Positions 1 through 8,602 of a DNA stretch of 64,000 nt are shown here, piece after piece. The notes under the pieces are model-generated. The model made no database searches and was not told the DNA's origin. It saw only the letters and a list, made by a program, of their open reading frames with translations. The stretch's first letter is position 1. Each line of letters starts with the position of its first letter. Position numbers and translations under genes: made by a program. Source of the DNA: an uncultured Planctomycetia bacterium (GTDB lineage Bacteria > Omnitrophota > Gorgyraeia > Velamenicoccales > Velamenicoccaceae); assembly GCA_964423185.1 (NCBI GenBank), contig CAYRDK010000005.1, positions 115,930 to 179,929 on the forward strand. Direction: 5' to 3'.

Positions 1-189
1 ATAAGCCGTTAAATAGTCCTTCGCGTCATAATAGCTTTTAGCAAAAGTAAACTGTTCAGCCGGGCTTTCCTTGGGAGCATACTTTGGATTAGTCCACTTT
101 TTACTCTCAGGGGTCCAGACCCAGAACGCAAAAGCTACCTGCGAAAAGGCAAAACACAAGATTAAGGCACACATAACTCTTTTAATCAT
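1..189 (-). CDS. TPR-like secreted protein, N-terminal part only (gene runs off the left edge)
   Basis: Not in the ORF track. Reverse translation from ATG 189-187 gives MIKRVMCALILCFAFSQVAFA FWVWTPESKKWTNPKYAPKESPAEQFTFAKSYYDAKDYLTAY. This is a signal peptide followed by a TPR-like helix, and the frame stays open to position 1. Confidence 0.5.
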   Translation of the reverse strand, partial: MIKRVMCALILCFAFSQVAFAFWVWTPESKKWTNPKYAPKESPAEQFTFAKSYYDAKDYLTAY

Positions 190-196
190 AGCCTTT

Positions 197-225
197 AATC
201 TATCATAGCACCCATGCTTTGTCAA
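197..225 (-). promoter_or_regulatory. sigma70-like promoter, TTGACA-17 nt-TAGATT, ending 7 nt before the ATG at 189
   Basis: On the minus strand, 225-220 is TTGACA, the spacer is 17 nt, 202-197 is TAGATT, then AAAGGCT and ATG. There is no SD, so a leaderless mRNA is possible. Confidence 0.35.
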
Positions 226-320
226 TCAAAGTGAAGCCCCTCACTTATAATAAAATCAACAACCAGCCTCGAACAGAAAAAGGGCTTTTCTAATACATGA
301 TCAAGAAATCTTTTTACTGT

Positions 321-382
321 CTTATTAGATAAGTTTTACACACAACTCATTATCTTATCTATATGAAACATATATAGATAAG
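321..382. promoter_or_regulatory. Two related palindromes (CTTAT-TAG-ATAAG and CTTATCTATAT-N7-ATATAGATAAG) in a divergent intergenic region
   Basis: 321-333 is cttattagataag. 354-364 and 372-382 form a perfect 11-bp inverted repeat. Both sites share TAGATAAG. They lie between the divergent TPR gene and dus. Confidence 0.3.
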
Positions 383-511
383 TTCTAATTAAAAAATATC
401 TTACCCTAAAAAGCTAGACTGCGCCTAAACCGTATAGAAGTTTTCATAAACACAACCAAACCAATAAACAAAATATAGACATTTCCAGTTTTTAATATAC
501 AATATACTGCC

Positions 512-1492
512 ATGATTGAATTCGGCCCCCTTAAACTCAACACAAATATCATCCTGGCACCGCTAGCCGGGATAAGCGACTCTCCTTTCAGGCTCCTATG
601 CAGGTCCTTTGGGGCCCAGTTTACTTTTGTGGAAATGATTAACGCCCGTGCCATATCCTATAAAAACAAAAAAACAAAAAAGATGCTTCAAACCGACCCT
701 CAGGATAAACCGCTCGGCATACAGCTTTTAGGATCAGAGGTCCCTTATCTCTTAAAAGCCATTGATATTATTGAAAGCTATAACTTTGACCTGCTTGATT
801 TCAATGCGGCCTGTCCGGTAAAAAAAGTGTGCCGCAGGCGCGAAGGTGCCGCGCTCATGAAAGAGCCGGAAAAACTTGAAAAAATACTAAAAGCCATTGT
901 GAAACACTGGAAAAAACCTATAACGATAAAAATTAGAAGCGGATGGGATCAACAACAGAAAAACGCAGTCGAGATTGCAAAAATCGCACAGAGCTGCGGT
1001 GTGAACGGCATCTTTATCCATGGCAGGGACAGAAAACAGTTTTATTCTGGAAATGTGGACTACTCCATTATTGCTGAAGTCAAAAAAAACGTATCTATCC
1101 CTGTTATCGCTTCAGGCGATATCTGGTCAGGTATCCATGCCAAAAAAATGTTTAACGAGACCGGGTGCGACGGCATCCTGATCGCCAGAGGCGCGTTAGG
1201 AAACCCCTGGATTTTTAAAGATATTGATATTTATTTAAAAACCGGAACGCCGGCGCCGGCGCCTGAAACAAAAGAAGTTATCACGACCCTCATCAAACAT
1301 CTGGAACTATGCGTCGCGGAACATGGAGAAAAAAATGGCGTAGCCCTCATGCGCAAGTTTATAGGCTGGTATCTCAAAGGAAAACGTTTTATCAGGCCCG
1401 TACGTAATAAAGTCAACACACTTAAAACAAAAGAAGATGTCCTTTGCGCCCTCGAACCAATCAGGACATCCGCTTCAGAAGAAGGCCGTTGA
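512..1492 (+). CDS. dus: tRNA-dihydrouridine synthase
   Basis: The N-terminus LAPLAGISDSPFRLLCRSFG, then FDLLDFNAACP, then ITIKIRSGWD and IFIHGRDR, give the Dus family TIM-barrel motif order. Confidence 0.9.
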   Translation: MIEFGPLKLNTNIILAPLAGISDSPFRLLCRSFGAQFTFVEMINARAISYKNKKTKKMLQTDPQDKPLGIQLLGSEVPYLLKAIDIIESYNFDLLDFNAACPVKKVCRRREGAALMKEPEKLEKILKAIVKHWKKPITIKIRSGWDQQQKNAVEIAKIAQSCGVNGIFIHGRDRKQFYSGNVDYSIIAEVKKNVSIPVIASGDIWSGIHAKKMFNETGCDGILIARGALGNPWIFKDIDIYLKTGTPAPAPETKEVITTLIKHLELCVAEHGEKNGVALMRKFIGWYLKGKRFIRPVRNKVNTLKTKEDVLCALEPIRTSASEEGR

Positions 1493-1559
1493 GGCCATTC
1501 CTGTACTCTCCCATAAACAGGCCTCCGTTGGCATAAACCCAGATCCAATTAAAGAGTAT

Positions 1560-1619
1560 GCTTCAACAAGAAGCTCCACGGGCTAAAAGCCCGCGGCTTC
1601 TTGCCAGCTGGCAAGAAGC
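1560..1619 (+). other. Cluster of mutually exclusive hairpins built from three copies of the word CAAGAAGC/GCTTCTTG
   Basis: gcttc-aacaa-gaagc spans 1560-1574. caagaagc (1567-1574) pairs with gcttcttg (1596-1603) and encloses the hairpin ccacgggc-taaaa-gcccgcgg. A perfect 22-nt palindrome cttcttgccagctggcaagaag spans 1597-1618. Confidence 0.3.
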
Positions 1620-1913
1620 GCAATACCAAGAGGCTCATACCCATCCCTGCCTGCCAGAAAGACGTGCGTTTGGTACGCCGCGAATGTATAAAAGTGCGAA
1701 ATAATTGTAGCTTTACTAATAAAATTTAGGGTTTGCAAGAAAAAATGATAATGGTAAAATAAAACACTGCGGATTGATTCCTTTGGCTTGGCGCAGATAC
1801 AATCACCACGAGCCGGGCAGGATAAAACCTGTAGTTATCACATTTTTTCCATCATAAACTGAAAACAGTGCCGTTCTGCAAACGAATAGACAAAAAAGAA
1901 AGAGAGCCGCAAT

Positions 1914-3401
1914 ATGCTTAAACTTTTACGAAGAAAAAATGTCACGAAAAAAATATTTTATGCGCTGGCCATCATTATCATCCCGGCCTTTGTCATCTGG
2001 GGATCTGCCAACTTTACCCAAAAAGATAAAACACCGCGTTACGCAGGGATTATTTTCGGTGAAAAAGTCAGCTTTGATGACTTCCGCTATGCCATGATGG
2101 CCTGGGCAACACAACTCAAGCTGCAATATGGAGAAAAAACCAACGAAATCATCAACGCATTTTTTAACCCTGTTGAAGCAACATGGGACAGGCTCATCCT
2201 TTTGCATGAAGTCAAAAAAAGAAAGGTTAAAGTCGACAATCAAGAGATTATTGACGCTATCACAAAATTCCCATTTTTGCAAAAAGACGGCCAATTTGAC
2301 GCGCAGGCCTATGAGCTCTTCTTAAAATATTCACTGGACATCCCAGCGAGAACATTTGAAGAGCAATTACGCCAGAATATTGCCATGGGGAAAATCTTTA
2401 AAGAGGTAACAAAAAATATCACCATGACAGAAGAAGAAATCGAAAAATCTTATAACGACCAAAATGAACAAACGCGCGTAAAATATGCCTCCTTCCCTTC
2501 TCAAGGATACAAAGACAAAATAACTGTGAGCGATGATGAACTCAAAGAGTTTTATGAAAATTCAACACAGGAATTCCTGGCCCCTCCTCAGATCAACACA
2601 AACTATCTTATGATCAAATGGGATCAGCAGACATCTGAGCCTGAAAAAGAAGCCGCGCGTAAAAAAATGCGAGAAGCCAAAACCCTCGCTAAACATAAAT
2701 CGTTAGACGATATCGCAAAAGAGTTAAATTTAGAAAAACAAACAACGGGCTTTTTTGGCCTTTCAGACCCTATCCCGACTTTAGGATGGATGCCCCAATT
2801 AGGCCCTGCCCTTTTCGACTTGCCATTAGATCACGTGAGTGAAATTATTGAGCTTGAAAACGGAATCTTCATCTTTAAAACAATTGAAAAAAAAGACGCG
2901 CATCTTCCTGATTTTAAAGAAGTTAAAGAAAAAGCAACTACGCTCTTAAAAAACAAAAAATCAAAAGAGATGGCGCGCGCTAAAGCTATTGAGTTTATTA
3001 CGAAGCTCAACTCAAAACCAGCCCCCTTATCCGCTGATTTTGAAAAGGCCGCAAAAGAGCTTAATATTGAAATTAAAGAAACGCCTTTGTTTTCCCGAGA
3101 CGCCTACATCCCGGAGTTAGGCATAGCAGAACCTTTGAAAAAAATCGCTTTTTCCCTTAAAAAAGAAGAGTTTGCCAAAGAGCCCATCGAACTTGAACAA
3201 GGGTACTACTGCATTCAATCGCTTGAGATAATAATGGTAGATAGCGAAAAATATAAAAAGGAAAAAGAGGCGTTTAAGGATCAACTTTTGAGCCAGAAAA
3301 AAAGCAAAGAGTTCTCTGGCTATTTTGATGATCTTAAAAAACAAGCCCACCTTACCAGCTATATAGATGAAGATACTGTCAAAAAAGGAAGGCGGTTTTA
3401 A
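1914..3401 (+). CDS. PpiD/SurA-like periplasmic chaperone with a degenerate parvulin domain
   Basis: The N-terminal membrane anchor is KKIFYALAIIIIPAFVIWG. A SurA_N-like helical region follows, then a parvulin-like segment (…NGIFIFKTIEKKD). Confidence 0.7.
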   Translation: MLKLLRRKNVTKKIFYALAIIIIPAFVIWGSANFTQKDKTPRYAGIIFGEKVSFDDFRYAMMAWATQLKLQYGEKTNEIINAFFNPVEATWDRLILLHEVKKRKVKVDNQEIIDAITKFPFLQKDGQFDAQAYELFLKYSLDIPARTFEEQLRQNIAMGKIFKEVTKNITMTEEEIEKSYNDQNEQTRVKYASFPSQGYKDKITVSDDELKEFYENSTQEFLAPPQINTNYLMIKWDQQTSEPEKEAARKKMREAKTLAKHKSLDDIAKELNLEKQTTGFFGLSDPIPTLGWMPQLGPALFDLPLDHVSEIIELENGIFIFKTIEKKDAHLPDFKEVKEKATTLLKNKKSKEMARAKAIEFITKLNSKPAPLSADFEKAAKELNIEIKETPLFSRDAYIPELGIAEPLKKIAFSLKKEEFAKEPIELEQGYYCIQSLEIIMVDSEKYKKEKEAFKDQLLSQKKSKEFSGYFDDLKKQAHLTSYIDEDTVKKGRRF

Positions 3402-3414
3402 AATACCGAATCAA

Positions 3415-4266
3415 TCAAATATTCCCCAGATAAACATACTTTAACTTTTTAAGCGCGATCCTCTGGGCTTTCTGAAGCGTCTCTTTTGGCGTGGATGGAA
3501 TTGACATTTTATAACAAGGAAAATAACGAGAAAAGTGCAGAGGCACCTCATCCCCCAATTCATGGTAAACCCACTCCACAAGATCAACTAGATCATCATC
3601 GCTGTCATTAAGTGTCGGGATGATTAAATTCGTTAACTCTATATGGCACGCCTGTTTCGCCCGTTTTATTGTTTTAAGGACCGGTTCAAGGCGGCCCTGG
3701 CATATTTTTTTATAAAAATCATCCCGAATAGATTTTAAATCAATGTTCATAGCATCGATAAAAGGCAATATCTCCTCTAATGGTTCTTGATTAACGAACC
3801 CATTAGTCACGAGAACATTAGCCAGCCCGGCTTTTCTAGCCAACTGTACCGTCTCATAAACAAACTCATACCAGATAAAAGGCTCATTATAAGTATAGGC
3901 GATACCGAAAGAACCTGCGTCTTTAGCCTTCTCAATAAGCTCCAAAGAAGAAACAGGTTCTGTTAACACGTCAAGATTTTTTGAAATACTCCAATTCTGG
4001 CAAAACTGACAGGCAAAATTACACCCTTGTGTTCCAACAGAGAGAATATAACTTTTCGGATGAAAATGATAAAGAGGTTTCTTCTCGATGGGGTCCAGCG
4101 CGATTGAAGAAACCCTTCCATAATTTATGCTGTAAAGCTTGCCTTCTTTATTTAACCTGACTCCGCACAAACCATGGCGGCCTTCTTGAATATGGCAAGA
4201 ATGAGGGCACAAGAGGCATCTCAAGGCTTTCCCATCCAGTTTCTTATAAAATAAAGCTTCTTTCAT
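3415..4266 (-). CDS. AmmeMemoRadiSam-system radical SAM enzyme (AmrS-like; PFL-activase-like)
   Basis: LRCLLCPHSCHIQEGRHGLCGVR, IEKKPLYHFHP and the CxxxCxxC motif GCNFACQFCQNW match the family. Confidence 0.85.
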   Translation of the reverse strand: MKEALFYKKLDGKALRCLLCPHSCHIQEGRHGLCGVRLNKEGKLYSINYGRVSSIALDPIEKKPLYHFHPKSYILSVGTQGCNFACQFCQNWSISKNLDVLTEPVSSLELIEKAKDAGSFGIAYTYNEPFIWYEFVYETVQLARKAGLANVLVTNGFVNQEPLEEILPFIDAMNIDLKSIRDDFYKKICQGRLEPVLKTIKRAKQACHIELTNLIIPTLNDSDDDLVDLVEWVYHELGDEVPLHFSRYFPCYKMSIPSTPKETLQKAQRIALKKLKYVYLGNI

Positions 4267-4302
4267 AAAAAAACAGGCCTGATTCTAAATAGAATCAGGC
4301 CT
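4267..4302 (-). terminator. Rho-independent terminator after the ferredoxin gene
   Basis: On the minus strand, AGGCCTGATTCT-ATTT-AGAATCAGGCCT is followed by GTTTTTTT. The T-run abuts the ATG of the radical SAM gene. Confidence 0.6.
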
Positions 4303-4363
4303 CTCATTAAGTGCTGTTTTAAAAATACCCCGGCCGATATAATAAAAGACAATACAACGGCTC

Positions 4364-4546
4364 TTACGCAACAACAATAGCATTCACGGGGCACTGATCC
4401 GCAACTTCTTGTAAATCACAATTACAAGTAAATTTTGGTTTCACATGAGCAACACCATCATCCTTCATTTCAAACACTTCAGGACAATTCTGCTCACAAA
4501 GACCGCAACCAACACACAATGACGCATCAACAGTAACTTTTGCCAT
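4364..4546 (-). CDS. Small [4Fe-4S]/[3Fe-4S] ferredoxin
   Basis: CVGCGLCEQNCP and a distal CP are present. I moved the start to MAKVTVD because GAAGGAGG lies 6 nt upstream; the ORF track starts at 4570. Confidence 0.85.
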   Translation of the reverse strand: MAKVTVDASLCVGCGLCEQNCPEVFEMKDDGVAHVKPKFTCNCDLQEVADQCPVNAIVVA

Positions 4547-4637
4547 TTTTTCCTCCTTCAATGAGGCCATACTTTAATAATTTTTACAATCTTAACACAT
4601 TCTTTTATTTTTCTCAACCATTGTTATCAAAAAAAGT

Positions 4638-5657
4638 TCACAGCTCTTTGGCACTTTGGATCTGGCGCCCATTGCGATCGCCCAGATAAATCTTGCCACT
4701 CTCATCTGAATAAAAGATAAACCTGCCCGTTACATCTTTCCCGGAAGGCCTCGCAAAAAGAGTAAAATGGCTTTCGTTAATTTTCTCGTATTGATAAATA
4801 TACCCTCCTGCCTCTCCCGACAACTCCTTAGCCGCTCCCTGCCCTAAAAACTTGTCTAAAACACCTAAACGAACAGGATAAAAACCTAATTCCAGCTTAT
4901 ATCGAGCTATAGCATCCACGATATCACGCGTAGCGATAAAAGCGTTAACCTCATTAAGCTTAACCATCTGAGACTTTGTCTCCGGATAGACAGAAACGAT
5001 GAAACCGTTTATAGCCGGCCCAGAAGCCATAATAATAAAAATAGAAACCAAAAAAGGCATGATAACTCCCGCAAAAACCAAACGGACAGTATCAGCGCGA
5101 TAAAACTCTCTCAAACCAGCAATGAGAATAAAAAGCGACCAAGATATAGATACAAACCCGCCGATAATAGGCAAAAAATAAAAGAGTTCTGAAGCGCTTT
5201 TATAACACATAACCAAAAAAAGCGAAGAGAGCTTTTTATCAAAACCCAAAACAAATTTAATGCTAACCGCTAATACTAAAAAAACTAAAATAAAATTTAT
5301 AAGAGGCCGCCAGATAAAAAATGGCGATTGAATCATAGTCGAAGCAAGAAAATCAAGCTGCATCTGCTGCCCCTCTTCAAGTAAATTTTTAGCCAAGTAC
5401 TTGAACCAAATAACATTAACATAATCTAAAAAAAGTTTAACATACCCCAAAATAAAAACAAAAATCAAAGCCCTCCACAAACGCCTTTTAAGATCAACAT
5501 GGCTTAAAGAAGCAATCATCTTGAAAAAAAAAGCCGGCCTGAATAAAATAGCTGCGCATAACGGAAGAAACACTTTCAGCCTCTCGCGGAAACTCCCATT
5601 CTCCCAGGACAAATAAGTTTCTTTATCTGTTTTAGTAATACGGCTATCTAAACTCAT
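4638..5657 (-). CDS. Yip1-type polytopic membrane protein fused to a pseudopilin (GspG)-like C-terminal domain
   Basis: The N-terminal 220 aa are multi-TM with WENGSFRERL, as in the Yip1/DUF1282 style. The C-terminus DIVDAIARYKLELGFYP…GGYIYQYEKI…FTLFARPSGKD resembles the GspG globular domain. Confidence 0.55.
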   Translation of the reverse strand: MSLDSRITKTDKETYLSWENGSFRERLKVFLPLCAAILFRPAFFFKMIASLSHVDLKRRLWRALIFVFILGYVKLFLDYVNVIWFKYLAKNLLEEGQQMQLDFLASTMIQSPFFIWRPLINFILVFLVLAVSIKFVLGFDKKLSSLFLVMCYKSASELFYFLPIIGGFVSISWSLFILIAGLREFYRADTVRLVFAGVIMPFLVSIFIIMASGPAINGFIVSVYPETKSQMVKLNEVNAFIATRDIVDAIARYKLELGFYPVRLGVLDKFLGQGAAKELSGEAGGYIYQYEKINESHFTLFARPSGKDVTGRFIFYSDESGKIYLGDRNGRQIQSAKEL

Positions 5658-5782
5658 GGCTATCCTTCCTTAAACCCAAAATTTGCAATAGGCTCTTATT
5701 CTTCTTTGTAACTTCTTACAGCACCAAGAGTTATCCTGTTGCAATGTAGCACAAAAAAGTGTATGCAAATTTCGGGATACCT

Positions 5783-5954
5783 CGATAGCAAGTTTAAATC
5801 CGTTCAGGATTTAAACTATCGACCCTTCGGGCAGATTTTGCCTAATGCAAAATCTGGGTTAAAAAATAGGCTGCTCGCTTCAAACTTGACGTAATCAAAG
5901 GTTAAAAAATACCACTTCTCCCCTTATGTTTCGTAGTTTGAAGCGAGCAGCCTA
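5783..5954. repeat. Three consecutive perfect stem-loops, including a 20-bp inverted repeat with a 48-nt spacer
   Basis: Hairpin 1 is 5783-5821 (cgat/agtttaaatcc-gttca-ggatttaaact/atcg). Hairpin 2 is 5832-5856 (cagattttgc-ctaat-gcaaaatctg). The inverted repeat taggctgctcgcttcaaact occupies 5867-5886 and 5935-5954. Confidence 0.5.
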
Positions 5955-6044
5955 ATACTGACTTTTATAATCCAGAACAAAACGTAGTTAAAAAACTAAT
6001 GGTACCGATTTTTTAAAAAAGAAACCGGAACAAAAAACATATTA

Positions 6045-6206
6045 TTAAATCAATTTTTTAAAGTTATCTTTTCCGACACCGCATTCAGGACAAACCCAAT
6101 CCTGCGGCAGGGCTTCAAACTTCGTTCCGGCTTTAACACCGTGCTCAGGATCACCTATGACAGGATCATAAATATACCCACAGACCTCACAAACCCACTT
6201 TTCCAT
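6045..6206 (-). CDS. rub: Rubredoxin
   Basis: Missed by the ORF track because it is 53 aa. The translation is [53 protein letters not shown], with both CxxCG knuckles. It starts 4 nt after the porB stop. Confidence 0.85.
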   Translation of the reverse strand: MEKWVCEVCGYIYDPVIGDPEHGVKAGTKFEALPQDWVCPECGVGKDNFKKLI

Positions 6207-6210
6207 AAGA

Positions 6211-7086
6211 TTACTCTTCCGTTTTTAAACCATATTTTTTAATATTGTAATCCGCTACATCCTGAATCGCTTTTAAACCCTTTGGATCTTTAAGCAGATG
6301 CTTAAAACGGCCCTGCAATTTTAAATACTCCTCAACAGGCTTAATCTTGGCGATCTTTCTTGAAACCAATTGGCCATCGATATATTCAAATAACGGATAG
6401 AGGCCTGTTTCTACGGCAAGCTTGGCAACTTCAAGCGTCAGGTTTGATTCATGGCGCCATCCTAAAGGGCAAGGGACATGAATCTGAAGATACTTCGGCC
6501 CCTTAATCTTTAAAGCTTTTTTTACTTTATTCTGAATATCCATCGGAATCCCCGCTGAAGCCGTCGCGACATAAGGAACGCCATGAGCAGCGGCAATCTC
6601 AGGCATAGGTTTTTTAGGCCTTGGATTACCATAAGAGTTTTTGCCCGGAGGCGTTGTTGTCGTGTTAGATGTTGTCTGTGTCAAGCCGCTGCGCTGGATA
6701 CCTGTGTTCATATAAGCTTCATTATCATAGCAAACGTAAAGGATATCGTGCCCTCTTTCAAGCATCCCCGACAAAGCCTGTAAGCCAATATCTGCCGTAC
6801 CTCCATCACCAGCCTGCGCGATCACATTAACAGCATCTTTCTTCCCAAGATACTTCAGAGCTGATTCAACACCAGAAGCAACGGCCGCACAATTTTCAAA
6901 AAGCGAATGAATCCACGGCACCCCCCAGGAAGACTCAGGATATTTTGTCGAGAAGACTTCCAGGCAACCTGTATTATTGGCAATAATCGTGTTTTTTCCC
7001 GCCGCATCCACAACTAAACGCGCGGCAATAGCCTGCCCGCAGCCGGCGCACGCTGTATGTCCCGGTTTAAATAAAGTTTCAACCAT
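6211..7086 (-). CDS. porB: Pyruvate/2-oxoacid:ferredoxin oxidoreductase, beta (TPP-binding) subunit
   Basis: CAGCGQ and the TPP motif GDGGTADIG are present. I set the start at MVETLF, where an ATGA overlap with the porA stop occurs. The 35-aa extension in the ORF track overlaps porA. Confidence 0.9.
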   Translation of the reverse strand: MVETLFKPGHTACAGCGQAIAARLVVDAAGKNTIIANNTGCLEVFSTKYPESSWGVPWIHSLFENCAAVASGVESALKYLGKKDAVNVIAQAGDGGTADIGLQALSGMLERGHDILYVCYDNEAYMNTGIQRSGLTQTTSNTTTTPPGKNSYGNPRPKKPMPEIAAAHGVPYVATASAGIPMDIQNKVKKALKIKGPKYLQIHVPCPLGWRHESNLTLEVAKLAVETGLYPLFEYIDGQLVSRKIAKIKPVEEYLKLQGRFKHLLKDPKGLKAIQDVADYNIKKYGLKTEE

Positions 7087-8260
7087 TTTTCCCCTCCAAT
7101 AGTTCTTTTTTAAGCCCAATAAATTCACAATCAACCTGTTTTCCAGATAATTTTTCATAAACATCAAAAATAGAAGCTTTCTTAATATCACGGCCGCCTA
7201 ATCCTAAAACAAAACCACTAACTTGCGGCGCCTTATCCTTTAAAGAAGCCAAAGCCGCTTTTAAATCGGTATATACCGGCCCAAAACTACCAAGCGAAAT
7301 CGACTTATCTACAACAGCGACTTTCTTAGCCTTGCTCAATGCCGAAATAATGGCCTGAACAGGAAAAGGCCTATAGGCAATAAGTTTTAACAAACCAACT
7401 TTTTTTCCATCTTGGCGCAACTCATCTATGGCATCCTTAATCGTCCCGCAAACAGACCCCATAGCAACAAAAACAACATCAGCATCGTCAAGCATATATT
7501 TTTCAACCAGGCCGTCACCGCCCCTTTTAAACTGCTTTTCAAAAGCCTGCGCGGTTTCTACAATAATAGCCAAAGACTCCTCTTGCGTTTTTTGAATCAT
7601 ATACCTCATTTCCAGATAATATTCTGGATCAGCCAAAAAACCCATCGTTTTAGGATCATCCACGTCCAACTTGTAATCCGTTTTATAACCAGGAAGAAAC
7701 TTATCAACCTCTTCCTGAGAAGGCATATCAACCGTCTCCATCCCGTGTGTCAGGATGAAACCATCCATATTCACCATAACAGGAAGCATAACCCGTTTAT
7801 CCTCAGCAATACGATAAGCTTTTAAATGCAAGTCAACTGCTTCCTGATTATTTTCAGCAAAAAGCAAAATCCATCCGGCATCCCGGACAGCCATAACATC
7901 CTGCTGATCATTCCAGATATTAATAGGCGCTGAAATAGCACGATTAGCGCATGTCATAACCAGAGGCAGGCGCATACCGGCGATATTGAAAACAACCTCC
8001 GCCATCAAAAGTAATCCTTGTGAACTTGTTGCCGTATAAGACCTCACGCCTGTAGCTTGAGACCCCAAAACGACAGAAGCCGCTGAATGCTCACTCTCCA
8101 CATTTACAAATTGGGCATCCATCTCTTGATCAGCAACCATTTGAGCCAAATCTTCAACGATATGCGTCTGAGGCGTAATCGGATAAGCAGACACAACGCC
8201 GGGTTTACATCTTTTTATAATTTGAGCGACTGCATGTGAACCTTCTAAAAATTGTTTCAT
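7079..8260 (-). CDS. porA: Pyruvate/2-oxoacid:ferredoxin oxidoreductase, alpha subunit
   Basis: GSHAVAQ…AYPITPQT…ESEHSA…TATSSQGL is the typical PorA N-terminus. Confidence 0.9.
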   Translation of the reverse strand: MKQFLEGSHAVAQIIKRCKPGVVSAYPITPQTHIVEDLAQMVADQEMDAQFVNVESEHSAASVVLGSQATGVRSYTATSSQGLLLMAEVVFNIAGMRLPLVMTCANRAISAPINIWNDQQDVMAVRDAGWILLFAENNQEAVDLHLKAYRIAEDKRVMLPVMVNMDGFILTHGMETVDMPSQEEVDKFLPGYKTDYKLDVDDPKTMGFLADPEYYLEMRYMIQKTQEESLAIIVETAQAFEKQFKRGGDGLVEKYMLDDADVVFVAMGSVCGTIKDAIDELRQDGKKVGLLKLIAYRPFPVQAIISALSKAKKVAVVDKSISLGSFGPVYTDLKAALASLKDKAPQVSGFVLGLGGRDIKKASIFDVYEKLSGKQVDCEFIGLKKELLEGKNG

Positions 8261-8313
8261 CTTAACATTGCCTCCAATTAAGTGCCTTTTCTCTACCTAT
8301 AATTTATAATCCA

Positions 8314-8571
8314 TTATTCTGTTTCAGGAATCATTTCTATGTCTTTTTTAGGGCAAATAGCCGCGCAATTTCCGCAGCCCTTGCAATAGGCAAGATCACA
8401 ATCAAATGTATTCTTCCCATCGCCTTTAATAATACCTTCGGGGCATATAAAAACACACATCCGGCAGGCTATACAGTTTTTCTTCAAAAACTTAGGCCTG
8501 ATATCTACCCGCCAGGAACCGGTTTTATTCGCGACGCTTGAACCTGGTTTTGATGTAATATGGCGCAACAT
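8314..8571 (-). CDS. porD: Pyruvate:ferredoxin oxidoreductase delta subunit (2x[4Fe-4S])
   Basis: Two cluster motifs are present: CIACRMCVFICP and CKGCGNCAAICP. Confidence 0.85.
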   Translation of the reverse strand: MLRHITSKPGSSVANKTGSWRVDIRPKFLKKNCIACRMCVFICPEGIIKGDGKNTFDCDLAYCKGCGNCAAICPKKDIEMIPETE

Positions 8572-8602
8572 AAAATATCTCCTTTTTCTTATCTATTCCC
8601 TA

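Noticed and set aside
1231-1548. 105-aa minus-strand ORF
   Set aside because: It is antisense to the dus 3' end and extends into the GC-richer spacer. It has no motifs.
7087-7191. 35-aa N-terminal extension of porB in the ORF track
   Set aside because: It overlaps the porA 3' end. The conserved PorB N-terminus starts at MVETLF, where there is an ATGA stop/start overlap.
7412-7825. 137-aa plus-strand ORF. The same reasoning applies to 15250-15672, 42261-42599, 43736-44131 and 38463-40250 on the plus strand, and to the alternative-frame minus ORF 39912-40355.
   Set aside because: All lie inside strongly supported genes (porA, rmuC, CNNM genes, hppA) on the opposite strand or in another frame, and none has a recognisable motif.
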